Of a DNA stretch of 64,000 bases, positions 37,824 to 50,375 are shown piece by piece. Position numbers and translations under genes: made by a program. Numbering within the stretch: position 1 is the first letter of the stretch; the number at the start of each line of letters is the position of its first letter. The notes beneath the pieces were generated by a model, which did no database searches, had not been told where the DNA came from, and saw only the letters and a list, made by a program, of their open reading frames with translations. The DNA comes from Raillietiella orientalis (lineage: Eukaryota), in assembly GCA_036172245.1 (NCBI GenBank), contig JAYWIR010000052.1, positions 124,001 to 188,000 of the forward strand. Direction: 5' to 3'.

Positions 37824-39000
37824 CATATTGATAGATATGTGGGTTTCTTTTCATTGCTCATTAAATGTGGGTTTCTCTGCACTGCTCATTGTTTTCATAA
37901 AGGAAAATAGCATCCATGTTTTATTTACAGAGAGTACTTGGGAAAGTGGCTCCATTTGCTAAATCATCAGTTCCGCAATAGCTGCTGGAATAGTTTAACT
38001 GCTCGAGTTTATTTCAGCTTCCTTCTTCGGAAATATGCATTTGCCTGTTAAGGCATGTGGGCATATTAAGAACACGCATCTTTATAATGTGAAGGTATGT
38101 TTTTTTGCAGTGCAATCTCTTGGCTAACTTTTGGAAATGCACATCATGCATGTTTGCATTGGTTTTTGTGGAAAGGAAGCGCAAAAGCTTCCCGGAAATT
38201 TTCATTGAAAATATAGTGTCTTTTAAAAAGAAAACTGCGTTTTTTTTTGTTTTTTTTTTAATATTTTGCTGCGACTTTTTGCACCGTGCAGCATGCGGAG
38301 AACATGGACCTGACTCCCGTGCCGGTCTTGTGGAGTGTTTTGCTGTCTCGAAAGCGTGCTGTTCTGCTATTCCTGCCTTGAGAGCGGAAACGAAACCACT
38401 CAGCTACTCCCAGAGTGTTGAGAAAAACCACTTAGTCAAACAAATGAATGCAATGAACACAAAAATCCGAAGCCGGAGAATAATCAGCGAAAGTGCGGAA
38501 GATGGCAAGAAAAGGGGGAACGGAGTGGACGACGCAAGGAAAGCTTAGTGAACAACGGAAGAGGATAAGGACAATGATTTGGATCAATCTATGTTGAACA
38601 ACTCAGCCACCACTTCGAAAATTTACCCTGAGAAAGACAGCTCCGAAATGCAAGAGGAAAAATAGCACATTGAATGGAAGTCTCCCAGTCATCATGCTGC
38701 ACAGCGATCACAATTATATGTCTTTCACGCAACATAAAAAGAGCAAACGAAGCTCTCACCATCATTATGTATAGAATTACTGAAGTACAGCTAACCAAGA
38801 TGGCATATGTTGATGCATCGAAGTTCAAACTGTTCGTTGCAAAGAACAGTCAATTTTGGTGCGTGGCTGCAATGGATCTCAGGAACATTCCAAATGCCGT
38901 CGAAGGTGGCTGTATGAAAGGATTCACTCTTGTAGCTGGTGGATAAAATTCCATGAAAACAGAAATAGTGCTTCTATTCATGAATGGCCACTTTGGATTT

Positions 39001-39752
39001 TTTTTTTTTTTAAAGGCCAGTAGCGACCTTACAATCGTTGCTATTGACCTAGGATGATGGAAATCCTTTTCTATCTTCGCAGTTCTTCGACACGGTTCCA
39101 CGCCACCCTAGGGTGGGTAGTCTTCAAGATAGGGGGGGTACCAGGAAGGACTCGGAGTCCGTTCCTCTCACGCCTGGGGAGGGATCCCCGGAAATGGAAA
39201 TCACCTCCACCCTGGTTGTCTCCGAAGGGGAATCTCCTTCCTTATTCTGTCCGAAGAGACCCTTGGAGGGGTCCGCTCCGGTTTTTCTTCTCTGAAGGGA
39301 ACCCGGAAGGGATCCGATCCTGTTTGTACTCTGAAGAGAAGCCGGCAGGGACGCTTCCGAAATTCAGAAGGACGCAGCTTCCCCGAAGGGATCGGCTCGC
39401 TTCTCTGCACTCTCTGGAGAGGTGGTGGCGACACACCTACTCCATCAGTACGACGCGGAGGGTCCCCCCGGAATGAGATCCGCTCCTTCACAACCGGAGG
39501 GGAGCTCCCACTCTGTGATTCCTGGAAGGCCCCGGAGGTCGACTCCCATTTGTCCCGGCCCTCATAGGGGGTTTATCCGGTTTTAACCGCTACCAGTGCC
39601 GCACCCGGATGAATGTAGGCCAACCAGCGTCATCTTGTGGGGTGAACTCGAGACCCACGGCGCACTGCGTCGATTCCTTCGGAGTATTCGAACCCACGAC
39701 CCATGGTGCCACGCACGGAGACCACCGTAACCACACGGCCTCCGACGCGCGC
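39001..39752 (-). mobile_element. tRNA-derived SINE (or non-autonomous LINE derivative), apparently full length, about 750 bp
   Basis: Minus-strand 5' end has A-box-like GAGGCCGTGTGG and B-box GGTTCGAATAC. GC-rich body in AT-rich flanks, 3' stem-loop, poly(A) tail, and GGATTT direct repeat at 38995-39000 and 39753-39758 (TSD). Confidence 0.85.
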
Positions 39753-42715
39753 GGATTTGATTTTAATTTTGATTTTAACTCTTCAACACTTGACTTTTTA
39801 AACATTAATGTAGAGTTCTGTATTCACCTGCATGTGCACATCTATAGATACTCATACTACATTTAAAATTCAGGGTATATTGGGATTGTGTGTGTGTTAC
39901 CTCTGGAAAAATTGAAACGAACTTGCTTGCATTACATGTGTTCCACACACAATGTAAACATGATCCATTTTAATCCGATTCTCTTCTATTGGACTTCCTG
40001 CATTCATTTCGAAAAGTGAATTTCGAAGTGTTCTTGTGTGTTCTTTTTCTCAAGGGTCTTCCTGCGGTTTACGTCATTTGAAGCATGCTGCACTTTTCCC
40101 TCACTCTAGTTGTTTTTTCATTCAACTTCATTCGAGCATCGGACTTCACTCGCACTTCGAAGTCTCGAAGGTTCTTATTCCTCGTTTAAGACTCGAATGC
40201 ATTTGTACTCTTGGAACTGCTTGTTCTTTAAAAATGAAAAGTTCTAATATAAATGGTTGCTCCTAGACGAAGAGTTTTCGGCCACTTACGGTGCATGAGA
40301 AACCAAAATCTGAAAATTCATGCTTTTCACTACTTTTTTTCTTGACACGAATTTCGTGGAAGATTACATATAATCTTCACGTATTGATTTTTATGAAGAC
40401 ACATTACCATGTCCGATTACATATCGAATTGCACGCTTTTGGCTTCCCCTGAATTCATTCAAGGGACTTGTATTTTAATTAAAAAATTTCCAAATGAATG
40501 GATCATGGAATTTTCGAGATCATTAAAAAAGGTGCAAAATGAGTGTTCTGTTCACAAAAACATGCCCCAGTCATTATGAATTTGCAGTTTCACTGCATGA
40601 TTAGTGATTGATTGCATTTGCCGAATCGAAAACTGATGAAGCTGTTCAGAGGCCGAAGAAGGTGCAGCAACATTTACTTTATTGTGATAAAGTTTCTTCG
40701 TAACTTGGAGTCAGGTTTCTTGAAAATCCGTGCTTCTATTTCTAGGCTGTAAAAATCAGAGAGTTGAATTAAATTAAAGAGTTAGCAAAATGGCAATAAT
40801 GTTCATATGGCTTGGTATTCAATGAATTCTCTGAGGGTACCTTTTTCGAAAGGATTGGCAAAGGACCTCAATTGAACTTGATGATTACTGTGAGAGGAAA
40901 GTTATAGACTTACTTTTATAGTTACAAGGAGATAGACTTTGGAACCATCTGTCATTCATATCAAAACATGATACCGATATAAAATCAGGATACTGATAAC
41001 CTCAAGAGGAGCATGGAAATGCCTTTCATAAAATCATGAATAAATCCATTCCCGATATTATGAGTTTGCTCGTCCTAAGCTGCTCAATAATTGCAAGTTT
41101 TCGAATTTCCAATGCGTTCTTTCAAATTTTTCGCTTTTAATTATTATGTTAAAATTCTTGGAATCCATGATTATAAATGGGCTTTCAATCTCTATCGGAT
41201 ATGAATCACTAGGATTGATTGTTTGCATATGGCAAGAAACCTAAAGTTACAGGAAATTTACATATAAATTTCTTAGAATAGAAAGTTATTGAATCGAATG
41301 GAAAGAAAAATTAATCAACACTGTCCAAACTTACGACGATAGATTGTAGTTCATTGACAATTTGTGTTCTGTAGCTGAATAAAGAAGAAAAAATTCTAAT
41401 GCTGCAAAACAGTTTCAGAGGAACAACGAGAAATCTCAGTCATTATTTGTTGTTCTTTTCCGAAGAGACGTATGCTCAAAAAAATTTGATCAATGAGCTC
41501 TGTCTTTTCCACTTTTACTTTTTAACGTAGTCCTCGCGATAGGTTTAGTTTAATTTCAGAGGCTGAAACTTTAAGAAAACTTCAACTCTTAACCAAGGAG
41601 GACGATGCACCCAATATTTTGCGCCTAGCTTTGAGGAAGATGTTGAACTCTAAGTTTCATGTTTAAATATTAATAAGATGTTTAAATCCAATCTAATCTT
41701 CAAAGGGAAGTACCTTGTAGAATGTTCAATGTTTAAATCTATGATTGCAAATAGATCATGTAAAATCTTTTGCGTTTCGTGAAACAGTGGAGGCTCCTAT
41801 GCGAATCATAATTCACGGGCCGTCTCCTCGTTCTCCTTTATCTCCGGACCTTACCTTGTGAAAACCTCCAGGTCACGGGAGGCTGGTCATGACAACAGGT
41901 TCTGGAGCCGCGAAACGGAAGTTTTGGGCAGCCAGAAGATAGCGAGGCAAACACCGAAATGGGACGGTTGAATTTCGGCGTATACGTCGTTTGTTGCGAT
42001 ACGATTTTGCAGCAAAACACCAACATTTGGATGTTTTTCGATGCCCCTGCATTACGAACGTATCTCCGTGAGCACGAAAAATTCAGACCGTCACGTTGTG
42101 AAGCGTTTGTATCTTCTGTTGGGTCATTTTTCTGTGTACCGTAACGACTTTTTAGGATTGTTTTTTTTTTTTCCCACAGAATCACTCACCAGGCAGCAAA
42201 CTGATTTTGTAAGCTCTTTGAAATGTCGCCATACTTCTGTGTGTGTGTGTGTGGGGGGGTGGGGGGAAGAAAGAAAGAAAGAAAGAAAGAGAAATAGAAG
42301 AGAGGGCAAGAAGTGCTTGCTGGATGTTTCGTTTGTTTTGTGTGTGGAAGCCGAGCATTTGTTTTGGCGCGTCCGCTCGGTGTAACTCAGCATCTTGGCG
42401 AACGTCAAATTGCGCGCGTGGCTTGCAGGAACGTTTGTAAACGAATCGAAATGTGATGTTCCATGTTCCTGCATGGACGTTGCAACAGAACATTGTGAAA
42501 TCGTTCGGTCCGAAATTAAACACCACAAGTTGTAATTTGCTTTTACTTTGCAGTTTACTCCGACGGGTTTTCAAACAATTTTGCCCATATTTGAAAAGGC
42601 GTTTTTGAAGCGATTTTTTGCAGAGTGGAATAATTTGTTTCAACTCTGTTCATGAATTTTCTGAAGTGATGCTTTAATACAAGAGACAACTTGTTTTATT
42701 GTGAGTCGTTTTCCA

Positions 42716-43868
42716 ATGGCTGGAGAGGAAAAAACAAGGGGAAAGCGAGTACCAGATTCGGCAAGTATTAAATGTATGTTTATAATTATTGGGAATTCTT
42801 CATTATGCTGTCAACAGCACTATGATAACTGGAATCCGGATGATAAGCTTTCCAAAAATGCTCCTAAGATCTTAAGTGAGACAAAAAAATATCGAACTCT
42901 AAATGCTAACAAAGCTGAAAATCAAAGGAGCACATTAGGTGACCATGCAAAAGAAAGTAATCACCATGAAAATTCGTTTTCGAATATTGTTATTAGTCTC
43001 AGTCTACTGCTAAGTGAAATGGAAAAGGACAGCTTTAGCCAGATTGAGAATCGCTTAACTTTAGAAAGTAAGGATGCACAATCAAGAAAAAGACAGAAAC
43101 TTATTCGAAAATTGCAAGGTTAGTACGCTCCGTATTTGCTTTGTACTATAGTTTTGATGTCAGAGGAAATCGATGATAGCACGGAAGTTGTTGATAATTC
43201 TGTATTCATGTCAAAGAAGCTTCAAAAACCTTCAAGAAAAATCCACACCAGTCATTATTTTCCAAGTAAACGTAAAGGTTCTCATGTGTTTCTAAAAAAG
43301 AAAGTTTGGATTCCTCCACGGTCACCATATAATCTTATTCAGGAAGATTTGTACAATGAACCTTGGAAACTGTTAGTTGCAACAATTTTCCTCAACAAAA
43401 CCAAAGGTGGACACCAAGTATTAAATTGTGTGGTATTTAATGTCATGAAAACAGGTTCTGTAGCTGTCCCTTTATTACATCAGTTTTTTGAATCATGGCC
43501 AACAGCTGAAGTTGCAAGCCATGGTGATCTTCATTCAATGGCTAAACTACTGCATCCACTAGGACTGCATCAAAAGCGAGCTCAGATTATTCAACGGTTT
43601 TCCAGTAAGTGATGCTTGTCTAGTTTGGAAAAATTAGTACTGAAAACGATGAGTTCAGTACTATACAGTTCAAAACTATTTTCCAGGAGAGTATTTGACC
43701 AAAAACTGGAAGTATCCATGTGAACTTTATGGAATTGGGAAGTATGGCAATGACTCTTATAAGCTTTTTTGCCTTGGACAATGGAGACAGGTGTCTCCAA
43801 GTGATCATAAACTTAATGCATACCATAATTGGTTGTGCACCAACTGGATGCATTTGGGCCTCACTTGA
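42716..43868 (+). CDS. MBD4: MBD4-like HhH-GPD G:T/G:U mismatch DNA glycosylase lacking an MBD domain, about 306 aa
   Basis: [78 protein letters not shown]. Exons approximately 42716-42760, 42818-43118, 43164-43406, 43455-43604, 43687-43868. Confidence 0.93.
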
Positions 43869-43922
43869 GATTTCTTACTTTTAACGTTTTATAGCCAATT
43901 GGGATGTAAATAAAAGAAAACT

Positions 43923-46900
43923 TTAATATTTTCTTGTCTTAGGACGTCGTCTCTTTTTTGCAAATTGATTCTCTGTATTTCTCAGTCTCCTGCACAAAAC
44001 ATAATCAGCAACAGAATTGAAATTCATATCCTTACTTAACCATCTGCCCTACAGGCAATCCTTGACGTCTTTTATAAGCAATGTGCTTTTCCACCAGCCG
44101 GGACAAATGTCCTTCACTAGCTAGCATTGACAAAAATGTACAAATGAACTGATCATAGTTGTGGATACGGCGAGAATCATCCACCTTGGGATTTCATGAT
44201 GAGTGATGAATAAGAACTCTTGTAAGACGTCTACCTTATATTTTCTTCTTTTCTCAAATTCATCTTGTAGTTGCAATTCATAACCTGATATTTCCCTTTC
44301 CAAATTTTTCAAAAGAACAACTAAGTCACGTGGGGCAAAATGGTGGGGTTCATTGTGTGAACAGATTGATTGAGGGGCAATTACATTCTGAGTAGACAAA
44401 TCTATTAAAGGGATTTTTATCTAGGCTGAATTATGCAAATAATCAGACCTGTGATGGGAGCAGATTCATTAACATGAATAACCACTAATTTACGAATTTC
44501 TCTCTGTGGACTAGGACTGCACTGCCCTGGACTTAGACACCATTCTATTTTACCAGCAATAAGTCATTTAATAAACGTTAAATCAAACCTTGTCGACTAG
44601 GATTTGGAGAATTGAAATTTGAGCCTGCTTCTGAGCAAGTGTCAGTACTACAGCTGCTCATTGTTGGTGATGTCTGAATTGTAAGTGGACAACTATAGTC
44701 AGTTTTTTTCCCTTCACATTGCAATGCATCTTCATGACTAAAACTTAAATAGTGCACACTTCACAAAAGAATTCAAAATACCTTAAATTCTGCCTTTTGA
44801 CTTCGTGTGTGTGCGCATAACTATGTAGAGTTGCCATATCTGTTGTGCATAAATTGTTGGTGTTGGTTTCAGGATTGATTTTGTAACCTTCTCTGATTTC
44901 AGATAAAAAGCCATTTTGACGATTTGCTAAAACAGGATGAGTTAATCGAACCAACTGCTGCAGTGCTTCAACAACAATCTGACTAGATTCCAGATAAATT
45001 ATTTTCAAGATGAGCATTGATACCGATTTGTTCGAAGTATCTGCAGCCTGTGTTGATAAGCATTTCGTTTGTCAGGAACAACAGCCATCAAATTAAAGCG
45101 AATGTCATGGTAGGGTTCACCACCTGTAGCAATGCCTAATCTATCAGCAATTACACGTCGGAACTTTTCTGTCCAGTTCTCTCCTGGAAGTAAGGGGCCT
45201 AAACAAAATACTTTGTTTCCCAGTTCGTTTTACTGACCATGATCAATAGGAAATGGTTTCAAGCCATCTAACTCGAATAATCTTCCGAGAATGGGGACAT
45301 AACTAATAAAATGAAACATTTCTCCCAGTCTTCCGGTGCTAGGGTGCATAGATCCTCCTTTCTCTGATTTAATTCTTCTAGCTTGGTAGGATACATGAGA
45401 ATTGTGAGCTCTTGCTAATTCTGGAGTGTTTCCAATAGCCCATCCCTATGTTTCAAACATTTAAACAGTATTTTACGGTGAACACGACAATTACTTTATT
45501 TTCTGGATTCATCCCTGCTGTATGTGCTTTCAGCCTACTGAGTGTAGTACCAAGTTCAATCTTTGGACAATTTAGAAGTACAGACAGAAGTGCATGAGTA
45601 GCACAGCTATTGGGTACAGCCTGATCCAAAATTACTACTCTAATCTTTATAAAAACAATTTTGAGTATGCATACCTGCTGTGCAAAGAAAATTTTATTGA
45701 CTGTGTCTTCATCTTTCACAAACACTTCTTCCTGTTCACAAGTTTTTCTTCGTGCCCTCCTTTCCTCTATCCAGCGAAATAGAAATATAAACCCATACAC
45801 TGGATTTTCTGTAAATGGTTTTTGAATGTCATAAATTTCTTCAACCTGAACAGCTTTAACACCAAAATCTTCCAACAGTAATGTAAATAAACCTGAAGAA
45901 AATGGAAACCAAAGAATTTATGACCATTCTTTAGATTATATGTACACAAATATTACATACAAGCATACTCGTGTAAATTATTTCTCAAGAAAAAAATTCA
46001 TTTTGGGTAAGCCATCTTTAAGAGGTATAAACACTCATGATTGCATGGAGCAGTAAAATCTCACCACACATGATGTATGATCTAAATTACTAAGAAAGAT
46101 GCACTGAGAGATTATTCAAGATATTTTTTCTCAGTGTATTATTTAAGATGATGATCCTCTTATTTCTATTACTTACCTCATTTGTATTATGAATATTAGT
46201 ACGAAATGTTTCATCATAAAGAAACTATAAGGAATATATATCCTACAATATAGTTCTCAAAAAAGATTAACATCAATGAGTACTGAAAGTTTAAAAGCAT
46301 CAGTTGTCTCTCTTCAATAATTCTCAACCAAACTTTTTCCATAAAATCACTCATCATTTGATTACTTCAAAAAATTCCTTCAAGAGTAAAATAGTCTTTC
46401 TAGAGAAAAAAAATAGTAGTGGCAATATGTAGGATGAAGAAATTATTTCATGTATGACAAATGGAATGAACAAATCTTTACACAATTCCGCCATTCACAT
46501 GGAACAAGATCTTCATTCCTGCAATTTGGTAACCAACATGTGACCAATTCCGCTTTTTATATCTGTTAAATTAACCTCCCAGAAAATGCCAATTCAACTG
46601 CATCACAATCTAACTGAATTCTGCCCTGAGGTAAAGCTTTTTTCTGGAATGAAACCACATATGTACTCCTAAAATATCCCATGGACAAACCTGGTGCATG
46701 ATTTCAAAAATTTCGATTTAGAGATAGTATCTGTTCAAAAATGATACTTTTCTTTAATATTTCCTTAATTCAAAAAAAAAAATCATGTGGAGGGATTAAA
46801 AACGAAGTCATTTACCTTTGATACTAATTAATGTTGCCTTTATAAAATGACTGTTTTCATTGGTGATGTAATTTTCAAAGGATTCTAACATTTCAAAATA

Positions 46901-47405
46901 TTCAATCAGTACTTCCCTAATCATTTGTGCTGGACACTCAAAAAAGGAAAAAGAAATTCCAAATAAATCTACAGCAAACCTATAAAACGAAAGCCAAATT
47001 TTTCCATTCCGACAGGTAGACCTGAACTTTTGAAAATCCTTTCTTTCTAAAACACTCTTGAGACAGAAAACAGCAGCATGCAAGGTATTTGGTGATTTCA
47101 AACACACAACTTTTTAAGACACCAACTTTGCCAATTAATTTATCTTGACCTTCGAAAATAAATGGGCAAATTTAAATGAACCATATTTAAACACAAAAAA
47201 CTTACATTCGCTTAATCACATCATTCTTCGTAGTAATCAAGAATGAAAATAATCATTCTCCTACATATATCAATTTATTTAATGATACCAATACCAATAT
47301 TCAAACAAATTTCAACATATCTAATCCGAGGCGTTTCAAATGTTTACCTGGATCACTTTCTAATTCCAACCATCCATCTGACAGTCTGTTAATATCAATA
47401 GGCAT
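43923..47405 (-). CDS. BAP1: BAP1/calypso ubiquitin C-terminal hydrolase (PR-DUB catalytic subunit), multi-exon
   Basis: [62 protein letters not shown] (catalytic Cys), FHFISYVP (His), LFELDGLK (Asp), [47 protein letters not shown], basic C-terminal tail. Alternative in-frame ATG at 47414. Confidence 0.95.
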
Positions 47406-49599
47406 AATGACCATTTATACTGTTCAATTTTGGAATGCAAGTTTTCTTCTAATATCAGTTGTATTACTCAACTTAATTACAGTATTCTTCGGAAATACTT
47501 TTAAATAATAAACATCCGTGAATATGTGCACTTTACAACTAATCTAAAAAAAAAGAAAAAAAGCTCATTAACGAGATTCCAACACTTTGATATCACACAC
47601 TATTTTAGGAGGTCTGAATGTCTGTCTATATGGTATAATACCTCAGTTTCCTGCAGGTACAAAATCGAATACTTATTTGACATAAAACAAATTACTTTTT
47701 ACATTTATTCTAGTACCTATTCTGTGTATCTGAAAAATACATCGCTGCAACTATTTACAACGGCTATTTGCAAATACTCACTATAACAAACTAGCTTCCA
47801 AATGGAAAAGATTACCAACGCTTTCTATAGTATTTTCTAGAAAATGAAAATAAAAACACACAGTTTTCGGTGAAATGCCGCTTACCAACACTTCGGTGCA
47901 GGTTGATGCTCACAAAAATAAAACGCACATTATTATCAAATGGACAACTTTTTTTCCATGCAGGGGAAGCTTCACGAAAACCAAAGTCGACACTTTCGTG
48001 CACCAAACCTGTGGATTAAACTTCCTCATAACATGTTAACAGTCAATCCCTTGACATGATTCCAATGTAGCGTTGATGCAGTGCATGAAACATACTTGGC
48101 ATAAATGGAAACAAAAAAACTCTGTGAACAAATTATGTGAGGAAATCACAAATTTCTGCGTACGTTAAGTCTACGTAGCCCAATGCAATCGGCCGAGAGA
48201 GAATCGGTAGCAAAGGTTTGCCCACAAAAGTTGCTACCAGCACAAGGAAACGAATACCAGTACTATAAATGCTGTGGAACAACAAAAAAACAAAAACAAA
48301 AACAAGCGTTGACTTGACGAATCGGAAACTTGTGCTATCATATCAACCAAAACATTCAGACTACAAACAGGGGTAAGAAAATAAGGCGGAATTTCAACCT
48401 TCCGGTGCAAAAATTAAACAAGAAAAAGTCCACTCCTTCGAAAGTGCCTCCTTGTTTTCCGAAGGAGAACATTCTTTTTAGAGTTCCAAGGCTTCCAATT
48501 TATCATAAATGCGCGTTACATTTTAAAAAGATAGCATCCATCAATCTATATTCAATACACGAATAATACCTGCATCTTGGAATAACATGAAATAGTAACA
48601 AATGTATGATGCAGTAGAATTAAAGTAATGTCACTTTTCATATTATTATGTAACAATTGAAGCGATAGTTAGAAAACAGAAATATCCGTTCACACGGTTT
48701 GCATTTTGGCAAACTCCAGGAAAATTGTAACAGTATTTAGCATAACTAATGGTAACACTAAAAGTGGAGTGCTTCTAGAGATACAGGCTTTCTCCTGTTT
48801 ACATGTCGCTTGTGGGTTGTGTTGAGCCAAAGATTGCTCAAAAGTTTCGTAGCAGTAGTTCGAAAAAATTCTAAAATGTAATTTTCCATTTTAATGAGGA
48901 TTCCTTCATTATTTTATGAAAACATTTCATGCTGCCCACAGTGAACAACCCTTCCGTTTATACACCCTGCTTGACGATGCCCGTGGTCCACAAATTACTT
49001 AGCGGAAGAGTTTAATGAAATTCACACTTATGTACAATGTTGTAATGTTCAATCATGTAATGGAAAAATAGCTAGCTAATCTCATATGTATATTTGTAAG
49101 ATATGTACACAATACCTGGTTAGCTTTCTGAATTGCACATTGTTCTTCATTCAGTAACCGAACAGCAAAAAGGTTAATAGTGGAGCACCTTCGGTAATTG
49201 TCACAAAATGCTGATGAGGTTAGGTAACGGAGGCACCAACCACGCATAAATTGTGATTCGTTCCGATCAATGTTGAGCATCACGAGACAAATCAAACCGA
49301 AAAAAGTGACGACGCCCAGATCCTCACTAATTTTCTTATAGCACCAATAGTTGGCGAGGCTGCTTATCGTAATGTACTCTTTGCAGTTTGAGTGAAACGA
49401 GCTTGTCGTCCAGTTTACGAGGTTTCACTGGGAGATACGTGGATGGTGGTCTGGTGTTTCCCCTAGCTTTCACACTCAGGTTTTCGATTCATTCGTTACT
49501 TCCATCTTTACGGAGGAAAAAAGCACACACGAAACGTAAACGACACCTTTCAGGTGGAGTGCTAATGATGTAAATTGCAGAGCAGGGAAATTGAGAAGG

Positions 49600-50000
49600 A
49601 GCGACCTTAGTAAGATGAGAAAATCCTCGGAACTGAAGCGGACCGACTCCTTCCGCACAAGCCGACCGGAATTCCCATGGAAGTCGCCGCCGCCGCCGCG
49701 AACGGAAGGGATTTCCTCACTTGGGAAATACGACCACGGAAGTTCCAGCTGATTTTCAGTCGACTCAAAAAATACGGGAATCCAATCCACTTGACTCTCA
49801 CGTGGATGCGACTGCAGCAAACGTGTCGGTTGCGTGGACACGGGGTTCCGGTTGCCAACTGGCACGACGGTCAACTGTGTACACGAATCGTAAAGTACCA
49901 TTCGTCCGCACGTGCACAAAAAAAAAGGAAAAAAAAAAAAAAAAACGCATTCCCGGGAACGGAACTGTCGGATTTGGAAACTGGCACACACGCAATTCCT
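49600..50000 (-). promoter_or_regulatory. CpG-rich probable promoter / 5'UTR first exon of BAP1
   Basis: CpG-dense segment between the TDP2 3' end and the BAP1 ATG, with (GCC)n, CCGGAA ETS-like cores, and a minus-strand donor AAG|GTCGCT near 49605. Confidence 0.4.
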
Positions 50001-50375
50001 TAGCAGCCTGGGTAATTTCACAGTACAACTTTTTTGCATGTGCAAACGGAACTTTTATTTATACAGCACGCCTGGAATGTCGAAACAGTGCTCCCATTCC
50101 CAAATGAGTTTCTAAGTTTTATTTTCGCTCTTGCAGAGAATCCAAAGTATTTCCAAGGTAGCAACTATTCCACGTATTCACAAGAACAGCTCGCAATTCG
50201 GAGGCATCTGATGTACATTTGGAAAGCTTGTTTGACTTTATACCGATTGTGGGTGAAAGAATGTGAGCTTTCGAACGGTGAGTGGTGGTCACTTTATTGG
50301 AAAAGTAGAATCCAGTTTCCTTTTCTTGCCTCCTACCTGAAAAGCACATGCATAAGTTGAAAGCACACGCAAAAG

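Noticed and set aside
37837..37891. Two-unit tandem repeat of about 28 bp (ATGTGGGTTTCT...TGCTCATT)
   Set aside because: Local duplication with no spacers; not CRISPR-like.
39675..39752. tRNA gene
   Set aside because: A and B boxes are present, but there is no complete cloverleaf and it is the head of a TSD-flanked poly(A) element.
46300..46357. C/D box snoRNA in BAP1 intron 1 (ATGATGA...CTGA on minus strand)
   Set aside because: Short, weak terminal stem, and no recognisable rRNA-antisense element.
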